A stretch of 60,243 bases of DNA, counting the filler, from Circinaria calcarea (Eukaryota): NCBI GenBank assembly GCA_051942165.1. It is 13 parts of 13 records of this genome, joined end to end, with 100 filler letters (N's around TTAATTAATTAA, not from the genome) between each part and the next. Parts side by side here need not be neighbours in the genome. Positions count along the whole stretch, not along the records: positions 1 to 4,555 come from JAVECS010002277.1; positions 4,656 to 9,209 come from JAVECS010002278.1; positions 9,310 to 13,861 come from JAVECS010002279.1; 10 more parts are not named here. One strand, 5' to 3'. Shown piece after piece: positions 1-11,039 of the stretch (position 1 is its first letter; each line of letters starts with the position of its first letter). The notes under the pieces are model-generated. The model saw only the letters and a list, made by a program, of their open reading frames with translations. It had not been told where the DNA came from and did not search any database. The translations under genes and the position numbers were made by a program.

Positions 1-471
1 ACCCCTATTGTCGAAAACCAAGCAAGAATACTTCGACCCCTGGTCATGACCAAAGTCTTTCGTTTGCCGCTGCCACGCAGACTGCAAAGGATGTGCCATG
101 AGTTATCCAGCCAGTCGGATGTGGTTTTAAGAGGAACTTACCTTGAAACCTCCGAGTCCCATGATCCACTGCATCCCTTGCGTTGCTTCAGCAGATGTTC
201 TACGAGGCTCAGTGATGAATAATCCGGAGTAGCAGTCGATCGGAAAACTATATAGCCAAGGGAAGAGGGAACCATTGCAAACACATGACATATAAGAATG
301 TCATACCACTAAATGTTTTGGCCCTTTTCCATGAACCTCATATGCGAGTTGAAAAGGACCTCCGCGGCCTTCTGCTACGGCGACTTTGCCCTTGTTGGTT
401 GGAGGGAGAGTCCAAGTGACATTTTTAAACTCAGGATGTGCAATGAGTTCAGTAGCTGTCAGAGGTGCCAT
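1..471 (-). CDS. alpha/beta-hydrolase fold protein, 5' part (runs off the window start); exons 471-307, 168-142, 81-<1
   Basis: Spliced translation MAPLTA...LAYEVHGKGPKHLV|WIMGLGGFK|SAWQRQTKDFGHDQGSKYSCLVFDNRG has the N-terminal abhydrolase motifs (YEVHG, MG oxyanion loop, FDNRG); GT-AG introns keep the frame. Confidence 0.85.
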
Positions 472-982
472 ATTTCGCGTACCTAGAGTGAAGTGTGCAG
501 ACGTTACATCGAGCACAGGGGATTAGGGCATATATACACAAATAGAATCGAGATTTGCTGGCGCGGAACAGTAGAACCGTGGTCGAAGGTCGAAGTGAAT
601 TAATTGAGTCTAGAACATTTCGTCAAGATTCCATGGAGATGATCTCATGGCGTCGCAAAGTCAATGCTAAAATAAAACCCTTGGAGATTCATACGGGCGT
701 ACCTACTTTGCCCTATACCCTGCTGACACATCAGTACTGAAGCTGGAGCCTAACTCTCACAACCGCGCTTGGTCTGTTGGTAGTGGATTGATAATGTTTT
801 GTCGAAGGCACAGTCAATAATGACCTCCAACAGAGGTTAGTTACTCTTCTGAGCTCGGAACTGTAATTACATTACGCTGCAGACGCATGCGCGGTTACCT
901 TGAGTAGGCGTCTAAGGCAGCACATCTCTCAGCATCCTCTGGCAAATCATCTCTAGCAGATGAAAGCTTCCGAGCCTTCACC

Positions 983-3900
983 ATGGAAGCCTATCCGCTT
1001 CCGCAAGACGAGAGTCCTTTGGAAGTACCTCCGCTTATGAATCCTCCTCCTCAGGTCTTCGGGTCTCTCACACCAGGGTCACCATCGGCTGCAACCTATT
1101 CGGGCGCCTTTTTCGGAGGGGAAGATCAAAATGGGGGAAATTTGGATGAGAGCAACGATGCGAAGAGGAGGAGGATCGCAAGGGTAGCGACCCTATTATA
1201 CTACGGCTCGTCAATAGTCTGCTGATGAGACTGTCAGGCATGCGACATGTGCAGGAAGAAAAAGATCAAGTGTGACGGGAAGATGCCAGCCTGTTCCCAT
1301 TGCATCAACTACAAGACGGAATGTATATTCACCCAGGTGGAGAAGAAGCGCAATCCTCCTAAAGGGTACGTGGGACAACAACATGGGTACTGTGATCTCA
1401 GACCTCTGACGGTTTTGCAGAGCGAAATATATTGAAGGGCTGGAGAATCGGCTTGGACGCATGGAATCTCTGTTAAAGCTCTCGGGTTTGTTGAACGAAG
1501 AAGACGATAGGACGGACCTAGGTACACTCGAGAAGAGGCTCGTAGACAAGTCACAGAGTTTCAGCAATGGGGGTACACCAGCAAAGTCTCCCAGGGGGTC
1601 GGAATCCGCTAGTCAACCCCGACTGTCAACAGACTCTCCGCGTGAAACACCTGTGCAAGAACGAGGGCCCAGTCAACGAAGCTCGGTTGCCTCGCCAGAG
1701 GTCCAAAAAGAAGGAGAGGAAGAAGTTGAGGCATTGTCAGACATGATGTGTTCTCTCGTTACCAACCACTGCGGCGAGACCAGGTACATTGGTGGGTTTT
1801 GAACGAGAAAAAGTCACGGGCAGCTGTTGAACATTTATAGGGTCGTCTTCAGGATTCTCAATATTCTCACCGAAAGGTATACAGTGGGTCAATGAAAAGA
1901 CGGGGGATAAATCGTTCGAGCAAATGGTAGCAACTGGGGCCGGCCGTTGTAATTCCGTCAACAAATGGAACAACGATTGGAAACCCGAAGTGTTTGGAGA
2001 CCTTTTTGACCGCCGCACCTTCACGCCTCTACCACCCTTACCTGAAGCTCTGTCGTTGCTTAAGGATTTCTTCGAAAATTTCAACTGTATGTTTCCATTA
2101 TTTCACGAACCAACCTTTATGCATTTAGTGCATCGATATTATTCACCAGATCCATTCGACGGATCGGGTTGGTGGGCCAGTCTCAATGTCGCTCTTGCAA
2201 TTGCGCACCGACTCCGAGTAGTTAGCAATCTTGTGTCGCGGGATGAAGATAACAAAGCATGGGGCTTATTGAAGAATGCCTTGGGCGTTCTCACAGAACT
2301 AACAATGCGAAGTGGCGATCTGCTAAGCGTCCAGGCGTTGCTCGGAATGGTAAGGTTTTGTCCAAAGCAAAGGTCTATTAACGTTGGAACCAACTAATTG
2401 ATCTCAAGGCGTTGTTCTTGCAAGGCACACCTAATCCCCAACCATCATTCTTTCTCGTCTCGGCTGCGATACGGCTGGCACATAGTATAGGTCTACATAA
2501 GCGTGGTTCTGGATTTGGTCTTACTCCGCTAGAAGTCGAACAGCGGAAGCGAGTCTTCTGGATTGCTTACATGCTAGATAAAGAGTGAGTCGCTCTTGAA
2601 ACAAGTTTGCTGCCGTAAGCTGAAAATTATAAGCATTTGCCTGCGATCAGGACGACCGCCAGCTCAAGATGACGACGACATGAATGTTGATCTTCCGAGT
2701 GAAGATCCAGGGGATAATGTTGGCAACATTCCCCTGGCGAACGGCAAGGGAAAGACGAATTTATTCCGGTTGATGTGCACGTTCTCTATCATTGAGAGTA
2801 GGGTTTACAAACAATTGTACTCCTCGAAAGCATCGAAACAATCTGATGGCGAACTTCTCAACACTATCGGAGAACTTGACCGGGAACTCGAGGAGTGGAA
2901 GGACGCTATACCATTGGACTTTAGACCTGAGCACGAGATTAGGGCCACTCATACACCCTTACTGTTGCACGTCGTTGTACTCCATTTTGCGTACTATAAC
3001 TGCCTAACCACCATTCATCGCATGTCAGTCCACCATGGGTATTGGACAAGCCGTCTTTCGAATTACGCCATAAAGGGGCTCAATGCGCGACCTCTTAATC
3101 CTCGAGTCTTCCTGTCAGCTGCATTATGTGTCCAGGCAGCGAGAGCGTCAATTCATCTTGTCAAATATGTACCTCAAGGTGACTTTGCTTGTGTCTGGTG
3201 AGTCTCCCATGCTATTGACACCTTCAAGGCTGACTAAAACAAGGATGATTCTCTATTTTCCCGTCTCAGCACTCGTGACCCTCTTTGCCAACATTCTGCA
3301 AAACCCTCAAGACACCCGAGCCCGCTCAGACATTTATCTAATGAGCAAAGTAGTGAATTTTCTAGAAATAGTAGGAGGCGCCGAAGAGTCTGGAGGCGTC
3401 AAGCATATGCTTGCGGTTTGCGCAGAGTTCGAACGCATCGCAAAAGTAGTCCTCGATAAAGCGGACAAGGAGTCACACTCCCGCCGCAAGAGGAAAATCA
3501 ACAAGGACGACGAAGACCTGGTACCCCAGCAGACCTATGGGAAGCGTCCTCTCCCCGCCCGCACCCCCGAACCCAGTTCCGCCTCGACGCCTGCCAGTCT
3601 GCTCACCCCTTGTTTTAATGGTAACCTAGACACGCCCTCCTTCAACCCTTCCCTCAACGGTTTTCCCTCTCCTAATTCCACTGGCGACAGCAACAGCAAC
3701 AGCAACAGCAATGAACCACCGTTACCAGATTACATGGCCGGTCTCGGCGACTTCCCCAACATGATGACCGCTAGTAACGGCTTCACCGATTTCGGCGACT
3801 TCCCCACCTTCGGCAACGGAGGCGTCGGCTCGCCCCTGGATTTGGGCTCGTACCAACAACCGTTTGTGCCGCAAGACCTGTGGCAAATGCCCATGACTCT

Positions 3901-4063
3901 GGAGTGGGATTGGGCGGATATGACGGTGGGGGCACAGTTTGCAAACATGGACGGCGGTGGGGATATGGGCGTGAATGTCAATGTGAACGGAATCCCGCCG
4001 AATATGAATGCGGCCCAGCAGCATTCGCAGTTTCAGTCACCCCCGTCGGCGAACGGGTTGTGA
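983..4063 (+). CDS. atrR: Zn(II)2Cys6 transcription factor, AtrR-like; exons 983-1183, 1238-1365, 1421-1791, 1841-2349, 2409-2584, 2634-3197, 3244-4063
   Basis: [36 protein letters not shown] zinc cluster and fungal TF middle domain ([33 protein letters not shown]); closely matches my recollection of Aspergillus AtrR along its length; all six introns restore the frame. Confidence 0.88.
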
Positions 4064-4555
4064 TATGATGCCACATCTAGAGGATAACCGACGAGAAGGG
4101 GTATTAAGGGCGTTTTTTCTGGAAGTGATTAGGGGAAGGGGGAAATCCGGCCGGTAGCCAGATGCGAAGACGGGGTTTTTCTCTACTTATTAGTATGCAT
4201 TTTTCATTTTGCATGGCGTCGGGGGGGAATTTTCGAACGTGACGGTTGAACCGGTTTTGTATAGTTTTCACAAATCCGGGGTATATGTACAATAGGCCGG
4301 CCAGGCAACTGGTACACCCCAGCCCAGCGAGGTCGAAGTATAGGGGGGGGGAAACAGCTGGATCTATACCCACCTAGAAAACTCGACTTTACTCGAGTAA
4401 ATCTCATCAGCTTCGGATTTCAGCCTGAGGGTTTTCTCTTTTCTCTTCCCACCGTGCTTATGTTGTTTTCCATCCAGTCTACCTATGCGTCTTTGCTTTT
4501 TTTGGCTTTTCTGAACCCTGATGGGTTTAACCGGGGGGGTTTTAGGGGAAGGGGG

Positions 4556-4655
4556 NNNNNNNNNNNNNNNNNNNNNNNNNNNNNNNNNNNNNNNNNNNNT
4601 TAATTAATTAANNNNNNNNNNNNNNNNNNNNNNNNNNNNNNNNNNNNNNNNNNNN
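4556..4655. other. artificial contig spacer
   Basis: 44 N + TTAATTAATTAA (stops in all six frames) + 44 N. Confidence 0.99.
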
Positions 4656-5408
4656 TCTGCGCACATACCATTGGACCCTGTGATGACGACATGGAACTGG
4701 TGACGCCATTGCCCCGTGTTGGTTGCAGAATCGGGGGTAATGAAAGAACCGTAAAGGGTGCACTTGAAGTTGGTGATGCTGGGAGGGTTGGGACAATCAT
4801 CTGCAGGGTCGACGCTGGGATCCCTCTCCATGTACATGTTGAAGGCATAGCATGAAGGTGCAGTATCGCAGTATTGCTGACACTTGATGGTATCATAGGA
4901 TGAAAGCGTGTACAATCCCATGTAGCCGGCCTGCTGGGTGGATGCATCCATGTTGGAAAACACCTTGCTGTAACCCTGGGGGACCGCGGCAGCTTTGGCG
5001 ATATCCTGAAGGCAATTAGCGCAAATTACCACCGCAGCTAGGAGCTCTACTTACCGAGTAGATCGGATTGGCTAAGAAAGCGGTATCAGTATCCGGGCTA
5101 GTCGTGGGTCCATAGCCGTCAGGTTGCACCGCACATGCGTCTCTTCGTTGGAGTTGGGATTTTTCGACGGGATCAGCCGTGGCATCAGCCGCGGCCGCAG
5201 CCGCTGCAACAGATGGATTATAGGTCACTGGCTCGCTGAGAGCCGCAATGTCTGGACCTTGGGCCTTTTGATCGACACTCTGCAGAACTTAGTTTCATAT
5301 TGATATGAGTAGGAGCTTCGGAGAATGACTCACTTCTACTTCGGCGATATCGATTTTCTGTGCAACAGCAAAGGCTGCCAAAGCAGAGAGGAGGAGAGTA
5401 CTACGCAT
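4656..5408 (-). CDS. secreted Cys-containing protein with an apple/PAN-like module, 3' truncated; exons 5408-5334, 5279-5055, 5005-4669
   Basis: Signal peptide MRSTLLLSALAAFAVA, Ala-rich pro-region ending QRR|DAC, then CQQYCDTAPSCYAFNMYMERDP...CPNPPSITNFKCTLYG; canonical GT-AG introns. Confidence 0.75.
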
Positions 5409-7001
5409 CCTGAAAAGCCCTGAGAGTTGGTTGGAATAGTAGTACGAGAAAAGTAATGCTCAAGAGAGTGAGAGTTGATATAGCGAGGTTCTTGGGATAG
5501 AAGGAGACAATAGAACCAAATGAGTGTGTTCGCGTTGAATATGGGAGACAATGGAGGGAGGATGAGAGGCATTTTATAGCAAAAGGCAGGCGACCTTACG
5601 CCGTCAACAGACATGCGCCGAAAAGACCAATTCTTTTCCTCCTGACAGAGATCGAAGCCTAGATTCATTCTGCCCAGATCACAGCTTCAGGCTCTCCGGG
5701 GAAAAGCGCAAACTGGCGTATTGAATAGCCAACGAAGCATGGCCGCTGTGCTGGAGGCTGAAGCACCATTCGGTCTAGAAACCGACACCCGCGGTTCCGA
5801 CCTGAATAGGTCACTGAAGTCCTTCGACAGCATTGGACTCGGCTGAGGAGCAAAGCCAACAGATTACGCGACACTAGCGCGAGAGGACCTTTGGGAGTCC
5901 AGAATATGCAATTTCCTCATTGAACCAAACCTACCGGAGGATTAAGGATCCACTCCGTAAGATGAGGCGGTAGCGGAGACGAGAAGGAAATAAACCTTCC
6001 CAGCTACTACTCTCGGGGATTGCTTACCTTATTATTCATCAGATTAAGTTTGTCGATCTCCCAGATCTGATCCAAATTAAGCTCATGCCCTACCATAGTA
6101 GACAGATAAGGCTGACACTAGACCATTTTCACTCTCACTAGCGCATTTTAAGTCGACCGCCACGCATTCGGATCTCGGAATTTCTCCGCTCCTGGATCAA
6201 GTCCGTATTTTGTGGAAGGTAAATGTCGTTAGCTGCACGCTAAATCCACTAAAATATATGATTAGTTAACTGGTAGATAATGAGGCTCTAGTTGCATTGG
6301 GCATTGACTTACTAGTGCTACGCCAACGACTTTTCCCCTTTCCGACCACAGTTAGTGATTCTACCAGGAAGATATCGACACGAGGGATAAGCACTAATGT
6401 CCTTCCGAGTTACGTGTCCAGGCTACAGTCCGAAATATGCCAGGATAGGTTGACAACTAATATCATTCTCAGATTTGCTAGGATAACTTGATAAAGTCAA
6501 GGCGCTTCCGCGTCAATGGTGACAAATACACCGTGGCTTTGGTCTTGGAGGAATATTCAGCCACGGGTCTAGACGAGCACACTGCATAAATCAATCACTC
6601 ATTCCGAATGATTATTATAGGCCGAAGAACTTACGGTACCCCTATTTTACTTCATTCTCACATCGAAGCCAGAATACCCGCAGTGTCGGAAGGTACAAGG
6701 CCACTGACTGAACCATGGGCATACTTGTTGGACCGAAATCATCCGAACATAGTTTGCACTGTGGTGACGATTACCTAGAGTAATCTATGCTTCCGATGAG
6801 AAATTGAGGCTGCCAGGGGAAGCCTAGAAAGTATCAAAGTAGATTCGGGCTGTCTCCAGGCCGGTCACCACAGTTGTCTCCCAGGTTGACTTGTCACTTC
6901 GGCTATAGACTCCCGAGCCACGTGGTTGCTAGTACAGGCTTTAGACGTCGAGGGAGTTGGATTATGGCTCATATGGTATTCCGCTAAAGTATGGGTTAAT
7001 T

Positions 7002-7990
7002 CTAAACCTTCTCGGACTCAATGAGCTGTGGAAAATCCACGATTTCCGCGGATTGTGTTCCAACATTCAACCTCGGCCCAATGTACCCATGGGATCCCTT
7101 CCAATACCACCAAGTCGAGATAAAGACAGTCAAACCGCCATTGATCAAAGACGAGTAGTTCATCGTTCTTGGCACTGACCGGTAACGTATACGGAAAGCA
7201 GAAAATCACCATTGAAGCGGCAGTGTAAGCGAGCGCTATGCTATGCATCGCAAGTCCAAAGGAACCTTTCGTCCAGAATGGCCCCGGAGCCACATATTAG
7301 CTCCATGTCAAGTGGAGCAGACAAAATACAAGAGCATAGGAAAAGTGGAGAGCAGCACAGAAGAGCCCACAAAGGTGCCGAAGGCTGTGGTGGAGGCGAC
7401 ATAGATACAACCGAGATGATTGCCGACAGTCCCGCAGACTAAGATCGAGTTGAATGGGTTTCGCCACAGGCTGATTTCCCTAGATACCTAATAAAAGGTG
7501 AGGCGTCATCACCTGCCAGCGTCCAAAGGATACGGCTGGCGGTCAAGGAACCTCCTACGGCGGTTCCGAAAAGTGGGATTGCGACAAGCACGAGCAAGCC
7601 TACTGATCCCGCAGCTGGTCCGGTAGCTTGGAAGTATATTCCTGCCCGAGGGAAATTAGATATTCCTACAAGGTCAGTATCTAGGTCAGAGATAGCATAG
7701 AAGATTACAATCCAGTATAAAGAAGCAGTAATGGAACCCAGCGACATTTGAGCGGCAATTCCTTTTGGTATAGTAATCTCGCCCCGAGGGATCTCTATAC
7801 TTTGGAAAGTGCCATCCCATAAAATATCTGATGGTGGGCCGCAAAATTTCGGTACCTCACAGCATAAGCACCATTCAACCGTCCCATGAAGAACATGAAT
7901 CCATTCGAAGAGTAACCAAAATCCGCCGACCAGTCTTTCCACACGAATGCGTTGCTAGCATAGGCCATTACTCCTACGGCAAGGTATGAC
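7002..7990 (-). pseudogene. APC-family amino acid/choline (Hnm1/GABA-type) permease pseudogene; 5' limit uncertain
   Basis: Motifs GYSSNGFMFFMG.LNGAYAV, IPKGIAAQM, WRNPFNSILVCG..GCIYVASTTAF, APGPFW, FCFPYTLPV, MNYSS lie in different frames; in-frame TAA at 7297-7299; at least 3 frameshifts. Confidence 0.8.
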
Positions 7991-9209
7991 AGCACGCGAT
8001 AATGGTTGCAAAGAGTCCGCCCAATATAAAGACAAGTCCAATACATAGAGGATGCCACTCCGTTGTTGTACTATCTCAGTGCCGCTAAATTTCACGGGTA
8101 CGTCGGGGTGCGACTTATTGAGAAGATATGGACATTGCGCTTGACCTGGCTATAGGAAAATGAGCCGGAGGTCTCTGACGACAGCCAGTCGAGCTCTCTC
8201 GTATTTCTCTTGGTCTTACATCCCGACACAAGTGGGATGGCACATGTCATCAGGATAATGAGAGATTCTAATCTGGTTGAAAGGATGGGGGAGAGGATGT
8301 AGGAGTTGAACGATATGGAGATATGGCAGCAGCATGTAAGAAGGAACGGCGAGCCAACCGCAGCGAGTAAGAAACATAAGGTCTGGATAATGAGGAACCT
8401 CGAAAGCCTATTACTTTGCCTTGTGTACCCATCACACCTACCGAAATCCTTATGCGCAACGGTTCCAGATTGTAGAAACAACATGGTATTCCAGCTGCTG
8501 TCAGCAAGCCGCCGCCATCTGCTATGGCGCTACCCCGTAATCACCATACAATCGCTCTTCCAGCCTTTTGAGAAGGTGGGCAGAAGAATAGCCCGTGGAG
8601 GATGCGTTTGGAGGATGCGTTTCCCGGATCGATCATTGTGCACGGATCGCCTAAAAGACTGTTGGGCCATTGAGCGGTGGGGAGCGCCTTGCAGGTGAAT
8701 GCAGGACTCGCCATTCCCCATTCCCCGGGGATCCAATCGTCGGGTTCCCCGGAACCTCACTTGCTCATCGGTTCTCCCTCAGTATGTAGAATATTATGTG
8801 TGAAACAAATGTACGGATTTTGATGAAAAGTTGTGGAACGCCCAGCGGTGGCCTTCTGCCGAGCTTCTCCCCTCGGAAGCCATCATTTTGACCGTTGCGA
8901 ATCGGAACAGCCGCCACTCTGCCGCGCGTAGGGACTACCATACAAGGGAAACCATCTCGACCCCCTGCGCTCTGTAGACTTTTCTATTCGTCACACCCGA
9001 GCATCGAAAGATCGTTGTTTGAAATTAATAACATCTATATCTATTTCCTCCCCGCTCTTTCCTCCTTCCCTCCGTCATGCACCACTCGCCGGACGAATTG
9101 CCCCACTCCCATTCACCGTCTGGTCACACAGACCCTGATGCCTCCACCGCCAAAGAGCCCAGACAGCCCCCCACCACTCCCTCCACCGCCTCCGAACTCA
9201 CCAGCCTTA

Positions 9210-9309
9210 NNNNNNNNNNNNNNNNNNNNNNNNNNNNNNNNNNNNNNNNNNNNTTAATTAATTAANNNNNNNNNNNNNNNNNNNNNNNNNNNNNNNNNNN
9301 NNNNNNNNN
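9210..9309. other. artificial contig spacer
   Basis: 44 N + TTAATTAATTAA + 44 N. Confidence 0.99.
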
Positions 9310-9583
9310 ATATAATTCGTAATATAATATAATTTATAATATAATATTAATAATAACACGTAATATAATATAAAAATATAATATAATATAAAATTATTAA
9401 TATAAAATTATATTATATTAAATTTAATAAGTTTAAATAAATTAGAAAAATTAAATTTAATTGAGTTAAAAATTAAATTTTTTAAAGCCAGAATAAAAAT
9501 ATTATAAAATTTTAGTTCGGTTCGGAAAATCTTGCGCCGAAGTTAAATTTTTCTATTTCGTTTTATTTCGTTTCAGGGCACTC
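9310..9583. mobile_element. AT-rich, RIP-like degraded repeat or transposon end
   Basis: About 200 bp of almost pure A/T rich in TpA, surviving C/G largely in CpG; clustered TTCG motifs near the sharp right boundary; at a contig edge. Confidence 0.55.
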
Positions 9584-9600
9584 TTCTAAATTTCCGAGAT

Positions 9601-10665
9601 AAGAGGAAATTAGTTATTTCAAAACTGGCTGATATTTATAGCAAGGCAAATCAAGTTCTCATTATCGATATGGATCTGATACAGGCTTCAAAGAGCTGTA
9701 GTCGCACTGAGATTGCAACTCGGGTTCTATGTTCCGGATGGATGCGAAGATTATGGACTCTGCAAGAAGCTGTGCTTACAGGTGATAAACCCAATTGTCA
9801 AAAATTACAAATCCAATTCCATGAAGGAGCAATCGCTTTCAACAGCATCTTACAAACTAATGTTTTCAGCCTTCACAACTCCGAGATCGCGCTTAAAGCT
9901 TTATTTTCTCGCCTCCCACAATTTAAAACTCCTGCTGATAACTTCGAGACCCTCACTCGAGCTCTAGAATATCGAACTACAAGTAGATTAGAGGACGAGC
10001 CCTTATGTCTCGCGTCTGTTCTGAATGTTGACGTGCAGAAGATACTTGGAGCTGCGTCTAGGATGCAAGCTTTCTACTCCAGCCTCAAAGAGCTTCCGTC
10101 GGAGATTTTGTTCCACCGAGGCCAGAGCTTGCAAGTGGATGGCTGTCGGTGGGCCCCCGAATCTTTACTCAGCCATTGTAAGAGCAACGTTGCCTTGGGT
10201 TTGAGACGAAACCCTCCTGCAACAGTTGATGATAATGGCCTGCACGTAAAGTTTCCCGGCTTCATCCTTGCTAACATTCAACGCCCTCTCGTACTTGGAT
10301 CTGGATTCTGTTTTGTGGATAATCAGACCAGCGAGTCGAGGCAGAAGTTGTCTCTACCTTCGGATAATCTGCGTGACAACTCGACCCTGCAAAATATGAG
10401 GAGAAATGTGAAGAGTTCCGAGGCTTTCGATGAGGCTGTACTTAAGGCAGAGCAACCTGCTATCGTCATGAACCCGAAGGCGAGAGATAAAAATGTGGTT
10501 GTTTTGGTTGATATCTTACGGAAAGAGAAAACTCTCTACTGTCGTTATATAACCAGGGCTGGGCTTTATCGTGGGTCACCCGATAGTATAAAACAGGCAG
10601 AAAGAAATTGTTCCTTGATTACAGCACACAAGGTTCTGTCAGACCAGCCGTGGTGTATTAGGTAA
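9601..10665 (+). CDS. HET-domain-containing protein, N-terminally incomplete (possible pseudogene)
   Basis: Open frame upstream of ATG 9670 reads KRKLVISKLADIYSKANQVLIID, then SGWMRRLWTLQEA (second half of a HET domain), RTTSRLEDEPLCLAS and GCRWAP; first half of the domain absent, upstream TAA at 9544. Confidence 0.8.
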   Translation, partial: KRKLVISKLADIYSKANQVLIIDMDLIQASKSCSRTEIATRVLCSGWMRRLWTLQEAVLTGDKPNCQKLQIQFHEGAIAFNSILQTNVFSLHNSEIALKALFSRLPQFKTPADNFETLTRALEYRTTSRLEDEPLCLASVLNVDVQKILGAASRMQAFYSSLKELPSEILFHRGQSLQVDGCRWAPESLLSHCKSNVALGLRRNPPATVDDNGLHVKFPGFILANIQRPLVLGSGFCFVDNQTSESRQKLSLPSDNLRDNSTLQNMRRNVKSSEAFDEAVLKAEQPAIVMNPKARDKNVVVLVDILRKEKTLYCRYITRAGLYRGSPDSIKQAERNCSLITAHKVLSDQPWCIR

Positions 10666-11039
10666 GCGTTCTACAACGAGCAAGGGCAAAGATTGGCGTA
10701 TCCACGGCGGATGGTGATGATCTAGTGCTCAAAACATTCTTCTACCTTCTTTAGCTATGTCAGTTTATGAAACGGACCATAAGGACGAGTTTTAAGTCTA
10801 GAGGCTTGTTCAATTTCGAGACAGCCGCAGATATAACCAATTGATTCGGAAAAAGTCAAATACCACTGGTTCTCCGCTGCTCCCATTTCCAAGCCTCAAT
10901 GTATGGCCGTGTTGGAGTGCAATGTAAGCACTACTAGCGCGCTATCCTGTGAGAATATCACCCACGATGCGAATACTAAACTCCACCGCCTTTTCGTCTA
11001 GCTTCAACGCCACAATGCGTGCCGTATGCGAATGGCAAT

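Noticed and set aside
9077..9209. Start of a gene at the end of contig 2 (MHHSPDELPH...)
   Set aside because: Only 44 low-complexity codons before the gap; plausible but unsupported.
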